Shown: one piece after another, positions 44,702-54,964 of the stretch
How the letters are laid out: every line of letters starts with the position of its first letter
Position numbering within the stretch: position 1 is the stretch's first letter
Assembly: GCA_964019425.1 (NCBI GenBank)
Contig: OZ025793.1
Location: 1,116,001 to 1,180,000 of the forward strand
Direction: 5' to 3'
Length of the DNA: 64,000 nucleotides
Origin: Flectonema sp. DT1601
Lineage: Eukaryota
Notes under the pieces: generated by a model
The model's database searches: none
Seen by the model: the letters and a program-made list of their open reading frames with translations, nothing else
What the model was told of the DNA's origin: nothing
Program-made: the position numbers and the translations under genes

Positions 44702-47164
44702 ATGTCTTTAGTTCAAGCAAAGAGAGACATAGTCGAGAGCGTCAGACAACTCCAGGAGAGTCTGTGCGGTGAATGTGAATTAGAAGTTGCAGTAGTGGAC
44801 TGTGAAGACTGTCACGAGAATTATTGTAAACAATGCTGTGAGGCGGTACATAAGAAGGGTCGTCGAAAGCGGCATTCGAAGTTTACAAAAATTCAAGTCT
44901 GCGGACAATGTGAAGTCGTGGCTGCAAAGAAAGAATGTTTCGACTGTCAAGAATTCTACTGCCTTGAATGCTGTGAGATCGTTCACAGTAAAGGTCAGCG
45001 TGTGAAACACAAACAACTTCGTAAGATTGATACCTCTGGGTTTAGGGCAGTCAACTATGACAACGTCAACAGCATGGGACTTATTGTAAAGCAGTTTTCA
45101 TTTTCTCGATTTTTATGCACACCTCATGAACATACATCAGAATATACAAAACAATTATCATCCTGCTTTCAACTTTGTAAATCAATTGCTGAGATGTGTC
45201 GTGAAGAAGAGAAGCCTTACGTCGACACCGAACCTGTGACGTTAGAACTTCCTCAAGTACCTGTTCCTCAGCAGATCTCTCTTCAAATTCAATCTGATGA
45301 CGTGTTAAAACAAGTAGAAGCAGAACTACAACTAGCTGAACAGATCCGTGTTGAAAAACACAATTCAATATCCAACGTATTAAGTATGGTCTATTCATGG
45401 AGAAGACCTAGACAGGTTACTGATTTCCCATCGCTGTTCTCAGCTGGAAATGATTTCTTGTCGAATAGACCTCCTGGGATGATTCCTCCATTCTCATCAA
45501 TTGATTACTTGCCAATGTTTAAGAAAGGAATATTTAATGATCATTTCTTTCTACTTGCACTGGCTGCTATTACAACTCGAAGATGTCTTCTGTCGAATAT
45601 GATTGCATCATGTGAGTTTGCTGATACGGGAATGTATACCTTTCAGTTCTATAGAGATGAAGACATGGGTATGGTTGGTTGGCAACCAGTGACTATTGAC
45701 CACCTAATTCCGTGCGGAAAATCTCGCGAACCAGTTTTCGGAGCCACGGACGATCCTTCAGAGTTATGGGGGATCCTCATTGAAAAAGCTTACGCTAAAT
45801 TCCTGGGAGCGTACTCTCATCTTCACTACGGTGACTCTGCTAGCGCTCTTTATCATTTAACTGGAGGAACACCTGTTGTTGAATGTTGGAATGCTGGTAC
45901 TCTTGGAAAGGATTGCACTGAACGTATTTGGTGGAGACTCAACCAAGGAATTGAAATGGGAATGATACTACTCTGTATGAAACGTAACAGTGAAATACCA
46001 CTCTTAAGTAATGTCTTTACGTCTTTAGAAAGAGATAGAATTCCTCAATTTGATGATGACACACTAAATACTATCAATCCTGAATGCAAACTAAACTGGA
46101 ATTCAGGAGAAGTAGTTCTCCTTACATCAGATGTCATACTTGAAAGAGATAGAAAGAGACACAGATTAATAAAACTACGTGACGTACATGGTGACATCTC
46201 ATGGACTGGTCCTTGGTCAGATTCATCAACGACGTGGACTAAAGAGATGAGAGAGTACACTAATCATAAACAAGTAAATGAACACTTAGTGTGGATGTGT
46301 TTAGAAGACTTTGTAAGAGAATATGATACTCTTTGTGTTTTAAAATCATTTTCCTTACTGAAAGACTCGATGCATCCCCGAGAAGAACCGTGGGAGTCAT
46401 ACTTTGGAAACCTAACCCCAAAGGAACACTATGGAATGTTAGTATGCGATGCTGATCAATATTCTATTATTGTACACGATGGTTCTGCTCAAAAGGACAA
46501 CGAGGATGTAGAATCGAATGACGTCAGTTTGTCTGGCAATCTTCTATACGATCCACCGCAATGGAAAAATGAATCTGACGACGTAGGCTACGGCAGTGAC
46601 ACGGATGGATCACCAGCCTTACTAATGTCAGAAAAAGGAGTGTTTTCATTAAATATTAAATTCTCACAGCCTGAGTCGCCCTGTCCGAGAGGGGGATCGG
46701 AGTCTTCTCCTCTCGGATACGAATTGTTGTTATTTAGAGGACAAGAAAAGGCATTACAAAAACCACTCTTCCCGGAGTCTGCTGACGGAGAAGAAGATGT
46801 CGGAATCGAAGACTATCGAATCGGCAAGTTCGGTTCTCACCGAAATTGGGAATTTCCCGTTCACAACCGAGTTGCGTACCTCGAAGGGAAGAATTTGGTA
46901 ACTCAATTTTCAAAATCGTATGAAGTTCCATTGCAACCTGGTCATTATATTCTCGTTGTTCAAAAACAACATCCAGAAGACGATCTTCACTATTGTCTTG
47001 GTATTCAACCGAATGATGATCATATTAAACCAACAAGTTGCAGGGTAGTTGTTGATCAGCTTGGTACTCTAATGGAGCCTCATGAAAATATAATAGCAAA
47101 AGACACAACCCTCTCTCCCAGACTAGTAATACAGTCAGCGAAACAGCAGCGAGCATTGGCATGA
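44702..47164 (+). CDS. Calpain-like protein with two N-terminal B-box-type zinc fingers; catalytic triad degenerate
   Basis: Two CxxCE..CxDC..YCxxC...H...G.R..H units. CysPc motifs GMYTFQFY, WQPVTIDHLIP, ELWGILIEKAYAK, LTGG, WTGPWSD and WMCLEDF. Confidence 0.9.
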   Translation: MSLVQAKRDIVESVRQLQESLCGECELEVAVVDCEDCHENYCKQCCEAVHKKGRRKRHSKFTKIQVCGQCEVVAAKKECFDCQEFYCLECCEIVHSKGQRVKHKQLRKIDTSGFRAVNYDNVNSMGLIVKQFSFSRFLCTPHEHTSEYTKQLSSCFQLCKSIAEMCREEEKPYVDTEPVTLELPQVPVPQQISLQIQSDDVLKQVEAELQLAEQIRVEKHNSISNVLSMVYSWRRPRQVTDFPSLFSAGNDFLSNRPPGMIPPFSSIDYLPMFKKGIFNDHFFLLALAAITTRRCLLSNMIASCEFADTGMYTFQFYRDEDMGMVGWQPVTIDHLIPCGKSREPVFGATDDPSELWGILIEKAYAKFLGAYSHLHYGDSASALYHLTGGTPVVECWNAGTLGKDCTERIWWRLNQGIEMGMILLCMKRNSEIPLLSNVFTSLERDRIPQFDDDTLNTINPECKLNWNSGEVVLLTSDVILERDRKRHRLIKLRDVHGDISWTGPWSDSSTTWTKEMREYTNHKQVNEHLVWMCLEDFVREYDTLCVLKSFSLLKDSMHPREEPWESYFGNLTPKEHYGMLVCDADQYSIIVHDGSAQKDNEDVESNDVSLSGNLLYDPPQWKNESDDVGYGSDTDGSPALLMSEKGVFSLNIKFSQPESPCPRGGSESSPLGYELLLFRGQEKALQKPLFPESADGEEDVGIEDYRIGKFGSHRNWEFPVHNRVAYLEGKNLVTQFSKSYEVPLQPGHYILVVQKQHPEDDLHYCLGIQPNDDHIKPTSCRVVVDQLGTLMEPHENIIAKDTTLSPRLVIQSAKQQRALA

Positions 47165-47536
47165 AAAAGAAAAAACCCCCAAATGAATTCTTCTCTTATA
47201 AAAATTACACAAAATAATTAATAATAACCTATTGATGTATCAGTTTAGTTTCGCCCTATTAGTTTGTGTGTTATTTCTTTTATTCTTTTTTTGAGAGTTG
47301 TAGAGACCGAGCTCTCTCTTTTTTTAATGAGCAGTACACCTAAGACATTTACCCCTTCAATTAAATATAATTTATTGTGTTGTTTTATTTTAATTAGATA
47401 GATTGGTTTTTAGTTCTAGATTTCTCTCACAGGATATAAAGAACGATGTCAAGCTAGGGTTAACCAGTCTACGATAATAATCTAAATTTCATCTCCGTTC
47501 ATTGTAGAAAAAACAAAAAAAAAATATAAAAAAAAA

Positions 47537-48181
47537 ATGTTACGGCGGGTAGCAATCAGACTATCAGCCAATGCTGGTTTTTCTGATTTTATTTGGGAAG
47601 GAAAAGCTGAGCAAGATTGGATTTCCCGACATGGGAAATTGGAAGGAAAAGTTGAACAAGTAAGCAAACAATGGGTACAGGATGCTTTCACTAATAGAAC
47701 GTTAGAAAAAAAGTTACTAGAAGACATAGTCGCTATAGATGTGAGAGAGAGAGCAGAAATTTCAAAGACGACAAGGATTGCTATCGATATTGATTCTACC
47801 TACTGTGTTCCCTATGATGAACTTGACTACTCTCTCAATAACTTATCACCAAAACAATGGTACAACAAGTACATTGTACCTAAATTCAGACCCGCTGATA
47901 CTTTCATTTTATATGGTAAAAACTCTTCTGATGAGAGACCTTTCGCTGCGGCCCGTCTTCTTAAGGAACGTCATGACTTCGAGAATGTTTTTGTCTTAAC
48001 TGATGGATTTGAAGGTTGGTATGGTAAGTACCCAGAATTCATAGAAGAGAGAGAGAAAAAGATTCAAAAATTAAAAGAAGACGAAGCAAAAGAAAGAGAT
48101 CGTTTAGAAGAACGAAGACGTCAAGAGCTCGAAAGATATCGAAGAGAGAGAGAGAAAGTGAGACGAGACAAGCAACGATAG
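47537..48181 (+). CDS. Rhodanese-like domain protein with probable mitochondrial presequence and charged C-terminal coil
   Basis: N-terminus MLRRVAIRLSA; motifs IDVRERAE, FILYG, AARLL..FENVFVLTDGFEGW. Confidence 0.8.
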   Translation: MLRRVAIRLSANAGFSDFIWEGKAEQDWISRHGKLEGKVEQVSKQWVQDAFTNRTLEKKLLEDIVAIDVRERAEISKTTRIAIDIDSTYCVPYDELDYSLNNLSPKQWYNKYIVPKFRPADTFILYGKNSSDERPFAAARLLKERHDFENVFVLTDGFEGWYGKYPEFIEEREKKIQKLKEDEAKERDRLEERRRQELERYRREREKVRRDKQR

Positions 48182-48431
48182 TTACTAATCTATATCTAGG
48201 ATGGATCTAAGTTATTATTCGAGTTTAAACAGTTGATGGTTGCATCGCAACTAACTATCAAATGTGTTTTACGAGGACGTTGTAATAATTACAACACAAA
48301 TACCACCAGGTGGTCACAATGTCAGATGACTGATTAGTTTTATTGATCATTTTAGTAATTTACTTTTGTTCTATTGTCTCAGCCAACAACATGACGCACA
48401 GTAGCTAGGTTAGCATACTAACAGTCAGAGA

Positions 48432-51400
48432 ATGCCTCCGCGATCATCAAGTGCGGGTAGTGCAAAAAGCACTAAGAGTGCGAAGAAAGCTTCTCCAAAA
48501 GTTTCTCCAAAAAAATCCTCTTCACCAACGCCATCAAAAGCTGGGTCGAAGAGTGCAGAGAGTAAGAGGGGATCACCGACACCACCAGTCACCAGACAAG
48601 GAAGTGGTAAACTCACCAGAGCAAGTAGCAAAGCATCAGAAGGAGGTAACAGCAATGCGAGTAAAAACAGTAAAATGACTGGAGAGTTGTTAGTCAAACT
48701 GGGTGAGAAGTATCCCGATGCCTCAACTAAGATTCTAAGCGCTGCACTATCAGAATCGAAGTACAACCTTGAGGAAGCTGAAGAAATTGTTAAAAACAAA
48801 TTAACCGAGCAACAGGAATTAGCTGAACAACAGCAAGCAGTACTACCACCACCTGTTAGGGGATCAGTAACTCCTTCACCTGTTGGAACACCACCCAGTG
48901 AAGCAGCTGCTGCTGATGCTCTTCTGGCTAACTTACCTCCTCCTCCTGTATCTGTTGTGGGAGGTACACAACCTCTCCCGGATCAGAATTCAATGCGTGA
49001 ATCTATAAAGTACCTCGCTACTACTACCAACAGAAGTGTTGCTGCTTGTGGTGACGCTCTTCATTTGGCTGAGCGAATGGGTGGATCTCAAGCTGAACAT
49101 ATTCAGCGTGCTATTGATATTATGAAACAAGAAGAAGACACTTGGGTATCTCGATTCCAGCAGTTGTTTTCAGTCTACGATCCGTTGAAGTCATCTGAAA
49201 TGGAAACTCGGACATTCTTACAGACATGGCAGCCTCAAAAAGATAGCTTCGAAAAGATATACGATGCTATGTGTCAAGTATACGATGCTCGTAATGACTT
49301 CGCTTGGCAAGATCAACAACAGCAGCAACTACAACAGCAGCCACATCAACATCAGCATCAGCATCAACATCAACAGCAGCATCTACAACAACAAATGTCA
49401 CCTACTTATCCACCTCCTCCAGTGTTGCAAAACAGTCAACCACAGCAACATCTACAGCAGCAACATATACAGCATCAACAACAACCAGTATTACCAGGGT
49501 TCCAGGCTAATTATGCTGATCCAGTAGTTGGTGGAATGCCTTGGAATGTTGACTTAAACACACTGGCAGCAATGCTACCCCAGCTTACGAAAGCCGTTGA
49601 TGCCATTGAAGCTGCTGAGAGAACAGAGACACCGGAGACGGAATACATCGAAGAGGAGGTAAAACCTGCCACCCCACAAGCTCAAGCACCTCCTCCCCCT
49701 CCTCCACAGTCTGCTTTCTCTCGACCACAAAGAAGCTCTAATTTTGAACAAGAAATTCTCGACAAAATAAAAGCTATTGAGACTGCCCTGCATGAGAAGG
49801 ACAAGGAGAAGGAAAGAGAAAGGGAACGAGAAAAACAAGAGCGTGAGAGGGAGGCAACACTAAAACGGAAAACGAATATAGTCTTGCCAGCACTGCCGCC
49901 ACCACCACCACCGCCTCCAGAAACCCCAGACGTGTTGCCGACTGCAGACCCGACGATGTTAGTGATGCAGAGCCTTACATCTCAGACTCATGAATTACAG
50001 CAAAATCCGAATGCACCACTCGGTGCTGGTATAAATGGTGTCCTCGCCTCACTTGCTGGCGTAGCTTCTGGTTCCAATTATGGACAGTTGGCTACCAAAC
50101 AGCGTGCCGTCTTGGAGCAAATTTCACACCAAAGCGATGCCAACGCGCGTGTTGTGGAACTCGAAAGGGAACTCACAGATCTTCGCGAACGATACGAAGA
50201 ATCAGAAAGAAGACAAAAAGAACAACTTGTCGTAATTGAAACTATTCAAGGACAACTTGATTCTGATAGAAGTATACTTCATACTGGATTATCTCAACTG
50301 GGTGGTATTAATAAATGGTCTTCTGATAATGAGCGTGTTATTGGAGAAAGTAAGATTCTACAACAAGAAGCAAGCATACTACGCCGTCATCAACAGCAAA
50401 CACAAGCCGAACCTACCTCTGTAAATGAGGTCGCAGAGCTTGCAGCACTACAGAGTGATCTGTTCAATAGAACTAAACAATTACTGGAAGAGAATGAAAT
50501 ACTGAATGCTCGCAATCCGAATATTTCTGAGGTTCCGATGCTAAAGAATGAATTTCAGAACGCGAATGACAGACATGATCTCTATCACGAGTCTCTGCGA
50601 CAGCTTGAAATACTAGGCGGCAAGTCAGAACCACCGCCACCACCGCCTCCGCCGCCTTCCTATCCACCTCCACCCCCTCCGATTCAGCACCAATCAATAG
50701 CTCCGATTCAGCACCAATCAATAGCTCCGATTCAGCACCAATCAATAGCTCCGATTCAGCACCAATCAATAGCTCCAATGACTATTCAGAACTTGCAGCC
50801 AGTACGGGGTCCGTCAACGTCGATAGTATCTACTGCACCAGATGCCAATCCAGAAGTCATGGCGGAGTTGACCAATCTGCGAGGTGTCCTAAAGCTGCTC
50901 GTCCAGCACCAGTTAGAACAAACACAACACCAGGATGAAATAGCGAGAGTTCAAGAAGACCTTATTGAAAAACAAAAGATCGATAAACTACAATCTGTGA
51001 GAGGTTCAGCAGAACTTGTCTCCAGCATCAGACGAGAACGAGCATTGGAGCGTCACACTGACCGAAATGAAAGAAAACAAGAGAGAGATCTCGAGAGACA
51101 GCATCAGGCGCGACAAGAGAAGGAGAAAGAGAAGGAACGGCGTAGAAAGGCTGCGAGGAGTAGGACTCCGAAAAGAAGAGATTCACCCTCTCGGAGGATT
51201 GCAAGCGAGGTATTAATGCATACCGCAAGGTCTCCACGATCAAGAGCTATCGAAGCTTCTCTCAACAGTATTAGTGAAGCTGTTCAGAATTTAAAAAGCA
51301 GTTCTCCCGCTTCTACCGATGACCCGAGCAATCACAGAGCTCTGTTAGTTTCGTTTTACACCCGTCACGATCCGGCTAAATTAGACTCAGTTGATACGAT

Positions 51401-51617
51401 TCTTGAGAGGTTTCGGGGTCATGACACTACTCTATTTCACTCTCTAGCAAAGAAATATAATATACCTCTGTCTCCTTACCGTGATAAACTTATACAGTTC
51501 TATAGCAAGCATAACCCGGCTAAGTTGTGTCAGGTAGATATTGTCTTACACTTGGTTCAAGGAAACGAGGACAGACTTCTTCGAAAATTAGAAGAAAAAT
51601 ACTTAGGAAGCCAATAG
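48432..51617 (+). CDS. Pro/Gln-rich coiled-coil protein with CUE/UBA-like segment and C-terminal helical repeats
   Basis: 1061-aa ORF. CUE-like LGEKYPDASTKILSAALSESKYNLEEAEEIV; two C-terminal copies of L..FY..H(D/N)PAKL..VD..L...G....L...L..KY. Confidence 0.75.
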   Translation: MPPRSSSAGSAKSTKSAKKASPKVSPKKSSSPTPSKAGSKSAESKRGSPTPPVTRQGSGKLTRASSKASEGGNSNASKNSKMTGELLVKLGEKYPDASTKILSAALSESKYNLEEAEEIVKNKLTEQQELAEQQQAVLPPPVRGSVTPSPVGTPPSEAAAADALLANLPPPPVSVVGGTQPLPDQNSMRESIKYLATTTNRSVAACGDALHLAERMGGSQAEHIQRAIDIMKQEEDTWVSRFQQLFSVYDPLKSSEMETRTFLQTWQPQKDSFEKIYDAMCQVYDARNDFAWQDQQQQQLQQQPHQHQHQHQHQQQHLQQQMSPTYPPPPVLQNSQPQQHLQQQHIQHQQQPVLPGFQANYADPVVGGMPWNVDLNTLAAMLPQLTKAVDAIEAAERTETPETEYIEEEVKPATPQAQAPPPPPPQSAFSRPQRSSNFEQEILDKIKAIETALHEKDKEKEREREREKQEREREATLKRKTNIVLPALPPPPPPPPETPDVLPTADPTMLVMQSLTSQTHELQQNPNAPLGAGINGVLASLAGVASGSNYGQLATKQRAVLEQISHQSDANARVVELERELTDLRERYEESERRQKEQLVVIETIQGQLDSDRSILHTGLSQLGGINKWSSDNERVIGESKILQQEASILRRHQQQTQAEPTSVNEVAELAALQSDLFNRTKQLLEENEILNARNPNISEVPMLKNEFQNANDRHDLYHESLRQLEILGGKSEPPPPPPPPPSYPPPPPPIQHQSIAPIQHQSIAPIQHQSIAPIQHQSIAPMTIQNLQPVRGPSTSIVSTAPDANPEVMAELTNLRGVLKLLVQHQLEQTQHQDEIARVQEDLIEKQKIDKLQSVRGSAELVSSIRRERALERHTDRNERKQERDLERQHQARQEKEKEKERRRKAARSRTPKRRDSPSRRIASEVLMHTARSPRSRAIEASLNSISEAVQNLKSSSPASTDDPSNHRALLVSFYTRHDPAKLDSVDTILERFRGHDTTLFHSLAKKYNIPLSPYRDKLIQFYSKHNPAKLCQVDIVLHLVQGNEDRLLRKLEEKYLGSQ
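50677..50776 (+). repeat. Perfect coding minisatellite, 24 bp x 4 (PIQHQSIA)
   Basis: CTCCGATTCAGCACCAATCAATAG repeated four times without mismatch. Confidence 0.95.
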
Positions 51618-52091
51618 ATCATCTCACACGCAAGTGGGGGAGTTTTCTTATTATTTGATTGCTAGCGCCTGCGGAGACACATTTAATGAACTAAATTAAA
51701 GAGTGGCACTCCTTAGGGACGTTAGGGATTTCCTTTTTTTTTTTTTTTTTTTACATGTCCTTATTAGCTGTGATTTTATAAAAAATGTCCGATCAGCATC
51801 ACTGAGCATAACACACAGAACGAATGAACTAAACTATCCACAAGGGAAGTGGCTGTCCCATTCGATCTTTTTGCGTGCATGTTGTTAATAGTTATGTTCG
51901 CTCTTTTTTTCTTTTTTAGGCACAAAAGACGATAAATTCATTCTTGCAAAAAAAAAAAAAAAATAATAATAGAGAGGAGAGGAAGAAGAAAAAGTGATGG
52001 ATTATATCGACTCTTTTGTCGATTTTAATAATTTCTTGTAGTTGCCATTTTTGAGGGTTCTGTTTGCTTTAGTGTGCAGGACGGCTGTTTT

Positions 52092-52124
<33 letters not shown>

Positions 52125-52341
52125 TTCGCTTTTTTTCCCCAAATCTCCACAACCCACATAGAACAGTTGCTGTATCCCACTTGTTATTCTTTAATTGGTG
52201 ATAATACACTGTGTTGGTTTAATTTAATCATATTTTCTGTTTTTTCATACAGCACGTGATTATGAGTAAAATAAAGTGAAAAGTCTGATAGACGTTCAGC
52301 AACCGTATTCTAATTATCCTTCTTAGGTCCGAGCGTGGGAG

Positions 52342-54414
52342 ATGCTCGCTGAAAGCCTCTCTGTTCTTAAACACAACTTGTTCAATGAAATATGGGGAAC
52401 AGTTAGTAAATTGGGTGATTGTGAAAATGAAGTTTTGAGAAAATTAAAAGAATTTTGGGCCGTAGAAGTAGTTAGTGAAGTTGTCGAGTGTATGCTAAGC
52501 AATAACATGAGATCTGTTTTAACACATATTGTAAAGAGGTATGGTAGCAATACGATCAATATCGATGAACGTGAGGATATAAAAATTAGATTAAAGGAAA
52601 GCTTCGCAGAAACTTTTAGAAAATTACAAGAACAGCTACAAGTAATAGGAATATCATTTACGAAGCATTTGACTGAAACTTTGAATCAATCTGTTCATCG
52701 CGAATTGATATTAATTTCTGATTCTTATGCTCAAGATGTGGTGGATCGTTCTCAAGCTGATTTCGCTACTCGTCATCAACATTTAGTAGTAGAGCACACT
52801 GAAAGACTTAATCACGCTAGGTCTCATCAAAAAGCTTCAGAACAACGAATTCGAGATTTATTAAAAAAACTTGATTCCTACAAACGAGGAGAGAACGTTG
52901 AACCGAATCCAATCCCAACTCAAAGCAACAACGATCTAACTGCCAGTAGGTTTGAATCTGAGAAAGCAAGACTTCGAGAGAAAGGTTTGCTCAATCAACT
53001 AACTCAATTAAAACAAAAACAATCTGATTTCGTAAAGAAAGAAAGTGAATTACAAAGTACCATCACACGATTAAGAGAAGAAGTATTATCACTTCACTCA
53101 AAGTACTCGTTAGACATTCGAAGGCTTCAATCGAAATACGATGAGGAGATCGAAGGACTTCGGAAACAAAATGCTGATGCTGCAGAACAATTTAAAAAAG
53201 ATCGAGAACGAAGTGACCTTCACCTACTCAGTGCGAATGCCGATACCCAATGTGCTGAAGATATCAGTCATCATCTTGATGTGTTGTGTGCGAAATTAAA
53301 TTTAGAAACAAATTGGCTTCTAAGAGTTGTTCGAAGGGCAGGAATTGAACGAGAGCGTGTTGAAGTAATTGAATCAAATTTACAACAATTGCACTACACG
53401 TCACAAACAACAATCCCGTTAGCTGTTCCAGGTGGATGGCCTCAAGGATCAGCTCCCGACACGTCAGCCCCAATCACACAACGTGGAGGACCATCCACCA
53501 TGATTGCTTCAGCACCTAATGTACGCCCCATTGGCATCCTCAGAAATCAAATGGACTACTTAGGAAGTGCTATACAACTAGAAGTTGACCGTGATGCTAG
53601 TGAGGAATATAAAAAGCTGTGCGAGTCACAACAGTCTGAAATCAAAAAGCTAAAACAGACTTTGGAAAAGAAGCAGTCCGAACACCACACTTACATGCGC
53701 AACTTAAGTGAGACGTTGACAAACCAAATTGCGCAGCTGGTCGCAAAAAACCACACTTTGCAGGCTCAAAAATTCAAGAATCGTTCTGCTGGGCTCTCAC
53801 AGAGAAAGTTCTCAACTCCTGCCTTAGATCAGTTGACTAAACAGCTGCAGGCTAATCGAAATGAATTAAACTCATCGAAAATGAATTTGTGGGTCGCTCG
53901 ACGAATGGTCGTCGGATTGGAAGAGAAATTAGCGCAGGCAACTTCCCCCTCTGGGCAGCAAGGCAGCTCATCAGTAGAACCTCCGCCACCTCCAAAGGTT
54001 GATACTTCAGAAGTTATAAATACAGATCTTTGGGTGACTGCTGATGCTGAAGTCGGACAAATCGCATCTTCACAACTGTCAGCAGCTCGTCAAGTTTCTC
54101 CAACACCACCTCCACATCCTCACCCTGCGCTTCGGAGTAGGAATCGTTTCCCCAGATCAAAGCCGTTAAAGCGTCCTCAGACTACTAGACCTGTGAGTAC
54201 TTCTTCTTCTGCTGATCTGGAACCGGAAGATGCGAAGAAACCCTCTCGATCTCCTACTCTCAACTATGTTACTCTTCCACTGCAATGTCCTGAAAGTAAA
54301 CAACCCGACGCAAAATTAGATACCTGGCAGCAGGCACTTCAATCAATATTAATGGACTTGAGAGTCTCTCCAGCCTCAACAAAACAAAAATGGAAAGGCT
54401 CTGACCACTTGTAG
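52342..54414 (+). CDS. Hypothetical coiled-coil protein
   Basis: 690-aa ORF with long heptad-like E/K/Q/L-rich stretches and a Pro/Ser-rich tail. Start codon uncertain. Confidence 0.75.
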   Translation: MLAESLSVLKHNLFNEIWGTVSKLGDCENEVLRKLKEFWAVEVVSEVVECMLSNNMRSVLTHIVKRYGSNTINIDEREDIKIRLKESFAETFRKLQEQLQVIGISFTKHLTETLNQSVHRELILISDSYAQDVVDRSQADFATRHQHLVVEHTERLNHARSHQKASEQRIRDLLKKLDSYKRGENVEPNPIPTQSNNDLTASRFESEKARLREKGLLNQLTQLKQKQSDFVKKESELQSTITRLREEVLSLHSKYSLDIRRLQSKYDEEIEGLRKQNADAAEQFKKDRERSDLHLLSANADTQCAEDISHHLDVLCAKLNLETNWLLRVVRRAGIERERVEVIESNLQQLHYTSQTTIPLAVPGGWPQGSAPDTSAPITQRGGPSTMIASAPNVRPIGILRNQMDYLGSAIQLEVDRDASEEYKKLCESQQSEIKKLKQTLEKKQSEHHTYMRNLSETLTNQIAQLVAKNHTLQAQKFKNRSAGLSQRKFSTPALDQLTKQLQANRNELNSSKMNLWVARRMVVGLEEKLAQATSPSGQQGSSSVEPPPPPKVDTSEVINTDLWVTADAEVGQIASSQLSAARQVSPTPPPHPHPALRSRNRFPRSKPLKRPQTTRPVSTSSSADLEPEDAKKPSRSPTLNYVTLPLQCPESKQPDAKLDTWQQALQSILMDLRVSPASTKQKWKGSDHL

Positions 54415-54964
54415 AAGAATATTTATTTTAGTATTTGATCTCCATCTTGCCCGTGGTAGATTATCCAATTGAAACGTTTTTATAACCCAACAACTTGTGT
54501 GGGAGTACGTTGATTTGTCATACAGCAGAGTGATAGATTCTTATCTTGATAACTCTCTTTTATTTATTAATCTCTATTTATGAATTACGATTTTCTTTAT
54601 TTGCGAAGTGAAGTGAATTGGCGATCCCCCCTATTTTTTTTGGTGGAATTGGAGTGCCAAATGGAACCAGTATACAAGAATACATGCCTGACTCTCTTAA
54701 GGCAATTATCGTCACGAATTTCAGCTGAAGAGTCGGCAAACTATTTTTATTCGACGCGGTGTGAGAGAAGCTTTTCCTTTTTTTTTTTTTTTTGCTCTCT
54801 ATTGGTAGGTTTTGAAAAAAAAAAAAGAAATGAGAAAACAAAAAAAACCATCTCACGGTTTTTACAATCTGGTGGGTTATTATACCTTTGAAATGATTAC
54901 TTTTGTTTGAATGGGTAGAAACGATAAGTGACAACATTACCACTACTTCTCTTCAGGTCGTAAC

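Noticed and set aside
50677..50776. Short regular repeats resembling a CRISPR array
   Set aside because: Head-to-tail in-frame coding repeats with no spacers, in a eukaryotic gene.
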